Shown here one piece after another: positions 55,451 through 64,000 of a DNA stretch of 64,000 nt. The position numbers were made by a program, and so were the translations under genes. The stretch comes from Octopus vulgaris (Eukaryota): the NCBI GenBank assembly GCA_951406725.2, contig OX597834.1, positions 39,990,001-40,054,000 on the forward strand. Direction: 5' to 3'. The stretch's first letter is position 1, and each line of letters opens with the position of its first letter. Under the pieces are notes generated by a model. It saw only the letters and a list, made by a program, of their open reading frames with translations. It was not told the origin of the DNA and made no database searches.

Positions 55451-56159
55451 TACTTCTACCAGTCTTTTGATGACCACCCTCACTGCACATGACATTCCCT
55501 CCATGACCACCACAACTACACCATGCATGCACATGCACAAAGAAACACCTGCTTGTTCATTCCTTCCATAGTAACCACTACATATATCTATCTATCCCCC
55601 TATCTCTTCTACCCACCACACACACACACCTATTCTTCCATTCCTACCACGACCACCACCACCACACTCAAATCTTTTCAATTCTTTATGGCCAGCACAT
55701 ACAAAACTTTTCTATTCTCTTTGTAACCACACACACACACACACACACACACTTCCAACCCTATCACAACATACTCCTTTCCTTCCATAGCAACCACCAC
55801 TGCCACCACCACACTACCACGCATATTTCAGTAAGAGATATAAAACACATGACCTGAATGAATGCCTCTACTTCTTTAGTCTTCCCCGGAGAGAAGTAAC
55901 AGACTTTGTGTTTCACTAAAATAAACTTTCGTCAGGTGAAATATAGCAGATATACACATCACCTTTAGCTGGGTGTAAACATGTGCAAATGTATATTGGT
56001 GCATGCAGGTGTGTGTGTGTGTGTGTGTGTGCATAGGCATGTAGTGTGTATTTATGTTTGTACATGTGTCTTCATGTGGGCATATGTATGTGTGTGTGTG
56101 TGTATACACATATATATATCTCAAAATGAGCAACAAGGATATCCAGAGGTAATTTTTTA

Positions 56160-56600
<441 letters not shown>

Positions 56601-57154
56601 CACCTATACATGTCTGTATGCATGTGCATGTATGTGTGTGCATATGTATATGTGTGTTCATGTTTCCACATGTGTTTGTGTGTGTGTTTGTGTACATATG
56701 TACAAGAGTATGAGAGTGTATAATATATATATATATATATATATACTCACACACACACACACACAAACATATATATATATATATGAGCATGTTCCTATGA
56801 TGTATGCCTGCTTGTATGTGCATGTATGTATGCATTCTATGTATGCATGCATATAACTGCATATATGTGTTTGGCCAGACTGAACGCAACAAATGGTTGG
56901 GTCAGTAGTCTGGGTGGGGGTAGGGGTTAGAATGCTGGTATTGATATTTAGATATCACTGAAAATACCACTGGAGTACACATCAACTATACCACCAGCAG
57001 GACCATATATGGAATGGTTGTCTACAAAATAAAAGGCAGACACACTGAATACCAACAAATCATGTGCCCCACAGCTGTGTCCTCTCCTTCTATCAGCGAT
57101 ACCACTACTAGAACTATTTATGAAATGCCTGTCCACCCAATAAACAAATCTCCA

Positions 57155-58070
57155 TAGGAGTGGTTGTGTGGTAAGAAGCTTGCTTCCCAACCACATGGTT
57201 CCAGGTTCAGTCCCACTGTGTGGCACCTTGGGCAAGTGTCCTCTACTATAGCCTTGGGTCGACCAAAGCCTTGTGAGTGAATTAGGTAGACGGAAACTGA
57301 AAAGAAGCCTGTCGTGTGTGTGTGTGTGTTTGTGTCTGTGCTTGTCCTCTCAGTACAGCTTGATAGCCAGTGTTGTGTTTACGTCCCCATAACTTAGCGG
57401 TTCAGCAAAAGAGACTAACAGAATAAGTAAAGTACCAGGCTTAGAAAAAAACAAGTACTAAGAATGCAAGGGTGTGCCCCAGCATGGCCACCGTCTTTGA
57501 CTGAAACAAATAAAAGATTGAAGATAAGAGCAGATGTGACTATGGGGTAAGAAGCTTGCTTTCCAACCACATGGTTCCAGGTTCAGTCCCACTGTGTGGC
57601 ACCCTGGGCAAGTGTCTTCTGCAGTCTCGGGCCTATGAAAACCTTATGAGAGGATTTGGCAGATGTAAACTGAAAGAAGTCTATTGCGTGTGTATGTATG
57701 TATATATATTTCTTTACTACCCACAAGGGGCTAAACACAGAGAGGACAAACAAGGACAGACAAACGGATTAAGTCGATTACATCGACCCCAGTGCGTAAC
57801 TGGTACTTAATTTATCGACCCCGAAAGGATGAAAGGCAAAGTCGCCCTCGGCGGAATTTGAACTCAGAACGTAGCGGCAGACAAAATACCGCAAAGCATT
57901 TCGCCCGGCGTGCTAACGTTTCTGCCAGCTCATCGCTTTATGTATGTATATATATATATATGTGTGTGTGTGTATGTGTTTATCTCCCATCACTTCTTGA
58001 CAACTGGTGTTGGCGTATTTATGTCTTTGTAACTCAGTGGTTCAGCAAAAGAGATTGATAAAATAAGTAC
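57155..58070 (+). mobile_element. Two tandem family A SINEs; the second contains an inverted family B copy (57708-57932)
   Basis: Two heads (57155, 57530) and two tails. The family B reverse complement sits in the central microsatellite. Confidence 0.88.
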
Positions 58071-58347
58071 ATGTAAGTGTGTGTGCATGCGTGCATGCAA
58101 ACGTATAAGTGTGTGTGTATCCTTGTCAAATGAAGATATCACATGATGGTTGTAAACAAGCATCACCATCATACAAGCAGTGTAGTTGGCCATGAGGAAA
58201 TATTTCCTTGCTTGGAAACAGGGAGAGGTTGGTGAAAGAAAGAGCAGCCAGCCGTAGAAAAATCTACTTCAATAAACTCAATAAACTCTGTCTAGCCCAT
58301 GCAAGTATGGAAAAAAGGATAATATGGTGTTGATGATGATGATGATG

Positions 58348-58389
<42 letters not shown>

Positions 58390-58474
58390 CACATATAGAG
58401 AAGAGAGATGTACATACACACATGTACATCTTATTAGTAAGCAATACTTAGATGGACGAATGAACAGCTATGCA

Positions 58475-58519
<45 letters not shown>

Positions 58520-59238
58520 CGTGCATGTGCTTGTGTTTGTGTCTGTGTCTGTCTGTGTGTACACACATACAGACACCGCACAGACAGAAGAATTCAGAGT
58601 TTGTAGCAAAAGCTGTGTAATTCCATCATCTGGAAATAATTCTTGGAAAGATTCTCTTTTTACATTTATTAGAAATTCTTTAAAAAAAAAAATGGTAAAG
58701 AGAAATACCAATATATATATATATATACACATATATATACACATATATATATACACATACATATATATACATATATATATACACACACATACATATATAT
58801 ATACACATATATATATACGTGTGTGTGTGTGGAAGACAGACATTAAACGATGATATACATACATACACACCTCCAGATGTAATCAGCCTAAACATCATCA
58901 AGTCTGAATATTTTTTTTTCAGTCTAAGGAAATAAATCTATGATTGTATGCCTCACAGTAACAACACAGTCACACAGTCATGCAGACCACCTACTCATGT
59001 GAATCCGAAAAAAAAAAAAAAAAAGGGAAGAAACAAGAATTTAAGCCAGATATCCTGAGGACTTGGAATATTACATACAATATTGCTCTGAAGAAAGAAT
59101 CAAAGTGAAAATAAAAAAGAAGAATACAGAAACCAAAGAAGAAAACCATTTTTTTTTTTTGATATTTTTCATTCCTTATATGGAAGATTAGGAAATCATT
59201 TTCATGACAATCATTATGTAATATCGTTGAAAAAGAAC

Positions 59239-59274
<36 letters not shown>

Positions 59275-59324
59275 ACAGAAGTTCAATCATGAGATTCTTT
59301 GTAAACTGAAATAATTCTATCCCT

Positions 59325-60411
59325 CAACCGTTTAGAATTCAGATTTCTTTCTGTCAAATGTTTGGCTTATTTATTCCCAATGTTTAAAATTAACCATGCT
59401 TTATCTCGTAGCTTTGAGATTTCGAAGATGTGATTGTTTAGTGTTAGAATGACATTGTAAGATAAAGTATAAGAGTCCAGACCTGGTTGCTTTGAACATA
59501 AAACCACATAGAATATTTGAGCCCTAATAAGGTTACTTTAAATGTTAACCCCTTTAGCATTGTGATTTCTTCCTATCAAAAAGAAATGCTTATTTATTCA
59601 CATCGTTTTGAATTAATCATGCAACATCTCATAACATTGAAATTTTGATTGTTTGGTTTTCAAATGGCATTGTAAGGTAAGCTGTCAGAGGCTAGATCTG
59701 ATCTTGGCTATTATGAAAATAAATTGAATGGAATATTTTGGCCATATATGGCTGGTTTAAATGGTAAAGGCTTGAAGTTGCTAGATGATTCAAAACTGAG
59801 ATTTTCATGTGACATTAGGGGCAGAAAATTAACCATTCATTATTTTTGGGGTTTGAGATTTCGAAGATGTAATTGCTTAGTTTTAGAATGACATTGTAGG
59901 AAAGGTGTGAGAGGCCAGTTTTGTTGTGAGACATAGAATATTTGAGCCTTTTGAGGCTGTTTTAAATGTTAGCCATTTAGCATCCAGATTCCTCTCTCAA
60001 ATGTAAGGTTTATTTATTCATATCGATTTGAATTAATCAGGCATTTTCTCATAACATTGAAATTTTGATTGTTCAGTTTTCAAATGGCATTGTAAGGTAA
60101 GCTGTCAGAGGCTAGATCTGATCTGGCTATTATGAACATAAATTGAATGGGATATTTTGGCCGTATATGGCTGGTTTAAATGGTAAAGGGTTGAAGTTGT
60201 TAGATGATTCAAAACTGGGGTTTTCATGTGAAACTAGGGGTATAAAATTAACCATTCATTATCTTTAAGGTTTGAGATTTCAGTGATGTAACTGTTAACG
60301 TTTAGAATGACATTGCAGGGTAGGTGTGAGAGGCTAGATTTTCATAATTTGAACATAAAACAAATAGAATATTTGGGCAGGATATGATCAGTTAAAATGC
60401 CAATGGGTTAA
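59325..60411. mobile_element. Array of piggyBac-like MITE copies with a 420-bp higher-order duplication
   Basis: Ends resemble TTAA-CCC(C)TTTAGCATT ... AATG(G/C)TAAAGGG-TT(A/G)A. aattttgattgtt at 59641 and 60061 gives a period of 420. A related end lies at 7239-7300. Confidence 0.65.
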
Positions 60412-60642
60412 GTGAGAATTGATGGTTGCACGGTAACATGAGATGGGTTTCACTAAAAAGGAAGAATTAGAGTGGTATCTGTTAGTTTTTACAAAAAAAT
60501 GTAGCAATAGGGGATGTTTAAACCAGAGAAAATAGTTGGAAGCTGTTGAGAAAGTAAGCTACTACATCTGGTTTGAGAGAGAGGATGAGTGGGGCAGCAA
60601 GAATGGGTACTGAGGATGGTAGAAACATCTGGCCAAGAGTCA

Positions 60643-60898
60643 TTTTTTTTTTTATCATACCTAATGCACCTACTATGATAGGAATTGTTTCTATCTTTAG
60701 ACTCCACATTTGTGTTACCTCTATTTCCAGGTCTTTGTATTTTGAAAGTTCCTCCATTTCTTTTAGAGAAATGTTGTCATCTCTTTGTATTGATACTTCG
60801 ATTAGAAAGCATTTTTTTCTTGATGGTCTCTAATAACTATATCCAGCCTATTGGTCTTAATTTCTCTATATGTATGTATTGGCATATCCCATAGTATA
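60643..60898 (-). mobile_element. R4/Dong-like non-LTR retrotransposon fragment (restriction-like endonuclease domain)
   Basis: ILWDMPIHTYREIKTNRLDIVIRDHQEK, a frameshift in an A run, then CFLIEVSIQRDDNISLKEMEELSKYKDLEIEVTQMWSLKIETIPIIVGALGMIKK. Matches the LWD...RPD...E...K..KY...GALG pattern. The 5' junction abuts (TAA)n. Confidence 0.88.
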
Positions 60899-60920
60899 TT
60901 ATTATTATTATTATTATTAT

Positions 60921-61086
60921 AGGTGCAGGAGTGGCTGTGTGGTAAGTAGCTTGCTAACCAACCACATGGTTCTGGGTTCAGTCCCACTGCGTGACATCTT
61001 GGGCAAGTGTCTTCTGCTATAGCCCCGGACCGACCAATGCCTTGTGAGTGGATTTGGTAGACAGAAACTGAAAGAAGCCTGTTGTA

Positions 61087-61139
<53 letters not shown>

Positions 61140-61338
61140 TTGTGTCTGTGTTTGTCCCCCTAGCATTGCTTGACAACCGATGCTGCTGTGTTTACGTCCC
61201 CATCACTTAGCGGTTCGGCAAAAGAGACCGATAGAATAAGTACTGGGCTTACAAAGAATAAGTCCCGGGGTCGATTGCTCGACTAAAGGCGGTGCTCCAG
61301 CATGGCCGCAGTCAAATGACTGAAACAAGTAAAAGAGT
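60921..61338 (+). mobile_element. SINE family A, full length, CpG-rich (probably young)
   Basis: Complete head to tail, flanked on both sides by (ATT)n. Confidence 0.93.
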
Positions 61339-61682
61339 ATTATTATTATTATTATTAGTGGTAGTAGTAGTAGTAGTAGTAGCAGTAGTAAGGCAGCAGT
61401 CATTAGCATGACAGACAAAATGCTTTGCAGCAATTTTTCTGTTTCCTTACATTCTGAATTCAAATTCCACCAAGGATGACTTTGCCTTTCATCCTTCTGG
61501 GGGTTGATAAAGTAAGTACCGGTCACGCACTGGGGTCAATACAATCGACCAGCTCCCTCCCCAAAATTTTCAGGCCTTGCGCCTATTGTAGAAAGGAATC
61601 ATTGCCATTATTACTATTATTATTCATTATTATTCATTATTATTATTATTATTATTCAATAGTATAATAATTATAATAATTA

Positions 61683-61684
<2 letters not shown>

Positions 61685-61715
<31 letters not shown>

Positions 61716-61855
61716 GTTTAACGTCCGCTTTCCATGCTAGCATGGGTTGGACGGTTCAACTGGGGTCTGGCAAGCCCGAAGGCTGCACCAGGCCAGTCAG
61801 ATCTGGCAGTGTTTCTACAGCTGGATGCCCTTCCTAACGCCAACCACTCCGAGAG
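61685..61855 (-). mobile_element. Family C retroposon 3' end in an (ATT)n tract
   Basis: (cat)n cgtttaacgtccgctttccatgctagcatggg...ggatgcccttcctaacgccaacc. Confidence 0.88.
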
Positions 61856-61904
61856 TTATTATTATTCAATAGTATAATAATTATAATAATTATTATTATT
61901 ATAA

Positions 61905-61941
<37 letters not shown>

Positions 61942-62074
61942 ATAGTATAATTATTATTATTTTTATTATTATTCAATAGTATAATAGTTATAATTATTAT
62001 TATTATTATAATTATTATTATTATTATTATTATTATTCAATAGTATAATTATTATTATTATTATTCATTAGTAT

Positions 62075-62132
<58 letters not shown>

Positions 62133-62504
62133 GATTATTCTTGTTGACATTTTCACAAATACACTACTAAAACTGTGTTTTAGGATTCTGATAATGATGT
62201 GTTAATTCCCAGCAGACTTATTTGCAAAAAGAAAAAAAAAATTCTTTTTAAAAGTTATTTTGACTGCTGGGTGTCTGGAACATTGCACAAGAGATGTATC
62301 AAATAACCAACAAATACATTTGACATTGTGAAATCAATAAAACTTTCTTAATTTGAAAATCAATTAATTGTAAATATAAATATATTCATTATTTAAAAGT
62401 CAAACAGAAGATGATCTTTACAGAAAGAGAAACAGAACCGCTTTTTTCCATTTTTTTTTTTTCTATTTTGGTTCTGTCTCTTGAAATTAAAAATATATAT
62501 TGAT

Positions 62505-62541
<37 letters not shown>

Positions 62542-62702
62542 TGAGTAGGTGTAGGCATGGTTGTGTGGTTAAGAAATTTACTTCTTAACCAACTACATGG
62601 TTCCAAGTTCAGGCCCACGGCATGTCACTTTGGCACATGTCTCCTACAATGATTCCAAGCTAGTCAAGCCTTAAGAATGGATTTGGCAGACAGAAACTGT
62701 AA

Positions 62703-62913
62703 GCCTAAGTGTCGTAAAGCTCTTTACAGTACCAGTTTCTTCCCTCGCACCTCTGAACTTTGGCATTCCCTTCCAAAGTCTTGTTTTCCTCTTCAATATG
62801 TCCCCCTCCAGTCTTTTAAGTCTAATGTACATTGTCACCTATTGACTTCTGTCCAGCATCCATCCATTTTATCCTAGTAGCTCTTACATTTTCAGTGGTC
62901 TAAGGACCTTGTA
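62703..62913 (+). mobile_element. CR1/L2-group LINE ORF2 C-terminus and 3' UTR, nested in a family A SINE
   Basis: PKCRKALYSTSFFPRTSELWHSLPKSCFPLQYVPLQSFKSNV matches the SFFPR...WNSLP...FK motif. The SINE head (62546-62700) and tail (62920-63135) flank it. Confidence 0.8.
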
Positions 62914-64000
62914 ATGAGCATATATGTTTGTGTGTCTGTGTTTGTCTCCCCAACATTGCTTAACAACTGATGCTGGTGTGTTTACGTCACCGTAACTTAG
63001 CAGTCTGGCAAAAAAACCTAATACAATAAGTACTAGGCTTACAAAGAATAAGTCCTGGGGTCAGTTTGCTCGACTAAAGGCGGTGCTCCAGCATGGCCAC
63101 AGGCAAATGACCGAAACAAGTAAAAGAGTAAAATAGTAAAAGAGATACAGACACACACACACACGTTTGTGTGTATATACACATACATATGTGTATACAT
63201 ATATATATTATGCATATATATATGTATGTGTGTGTGTATGTATTTATATATCTCCCAGAATCTGCCTGGCTTTAAAACGTTTACAGCTGACCAAAGCACT
63301 GGCAGTAAATGGGAAGAATCTGCTATCAGAATGTTTTACAGATTGCAGTGTCTCTTGGCAGAGGTACAGTAACGGTACAGAGTCGGAACAGACTAGAAGC
63401 AGCTACATATGAATATAGATTTATGATTATATTGACCGATACATCTATAATCTCTCAGATTAAATAATTGACAGCAATAAACAGGAATAATTTCCAGGGG
63501 ATTCCATACTAAATCATTCTTTCACAGTTTCAATATTATTGATTCTGTTTTATTCACCAAGGAATTTTATAAAGTAGGAGAATGAGCTTGAGTGACCTTC
63601 ATGGCTTTTACTAGGGTATTACTTGCTAATATGGTGTGAGTAGGGTCAGATGTGGAGTTAATTAACTGACCAGAGGTATGTGTCATTGACTGTTGAGTTA
63701 GAGTTGATTTCAGATGGGGCCTACACAACGAAATGAGCTCAGTGCTAAAAGCCAACAAAGCATTCATGAACAAATGACTGAAAGAGTCTGTATGCAATTA
63801 TTTGACTGGCTAGATATAATAGCTAAATTTCCCTCAAATCACATCCTTTCATCTTAAAAGAAAATAAAAAAAGATTAAGCAGAGCAGTCTGAATAAAAGA
63901 CGGAATGGTCATATCTGGCATGCACTTAAATCTACTTGACAACAATGGCGTCATCATTACTTATAACAACAGCAACAGCAGTAACAACCTCTTTGCTAGA

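Noticed and set aside
63259-63362. Plus-strand exon NLPGFKTFTADQSTGSKWEESAIRMFYRLQCLLAE
   Set aside because: The acceptor is plausible but the donor (GTACAG) is weak, and no protein family was recognised.

Overview
This is AT-rich eukaryotic DNA dominated by microsatellites and short repeats. The SINE families and repeat landscape resemble an octopus (coleoid cephalopod) genome; this is recognition from memory, not a database result. I found no complete protein-coding gene, rRNA, tRNA or CRISPR array, and almost every ORF in the track is translated microsatellite or SINE sequence. Supported content: (1) dozens of copies of three tRNA-headed SINE families and a (GAT)n-tailed retroposon, several with clear target-site duplications and nested insertions; (2) decayed Tc1 DD34E and maT/DD37D-like transposases, mariner, hAT and piggyBac-like MITEs, and a non-autonomous Helitron; (3) fragments of two restriction-like-endonuclease non-LTR retrotransposons and one CR1/L2-group LINE; (4) minisatellites and long fold-back palindromes. 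The most interesting signal is a dispersed set of short Penelope-like fragments carrying a hammerhead-ribozyme-like core (CUG-N-N-GA-A, GAGC/GCUC hairpin, GAAAC), mostly beside TA/TG tracts, with related fragments forming inverted duplications. A more speculative signal is several minus-strand ATG-to-donor micro-exons, all phase 0, in the repeat-poor islands; these could be alternative first exons of a gene lying left of the window. Repeat coordinates are approximate unless a TSD or TIR is quoted.
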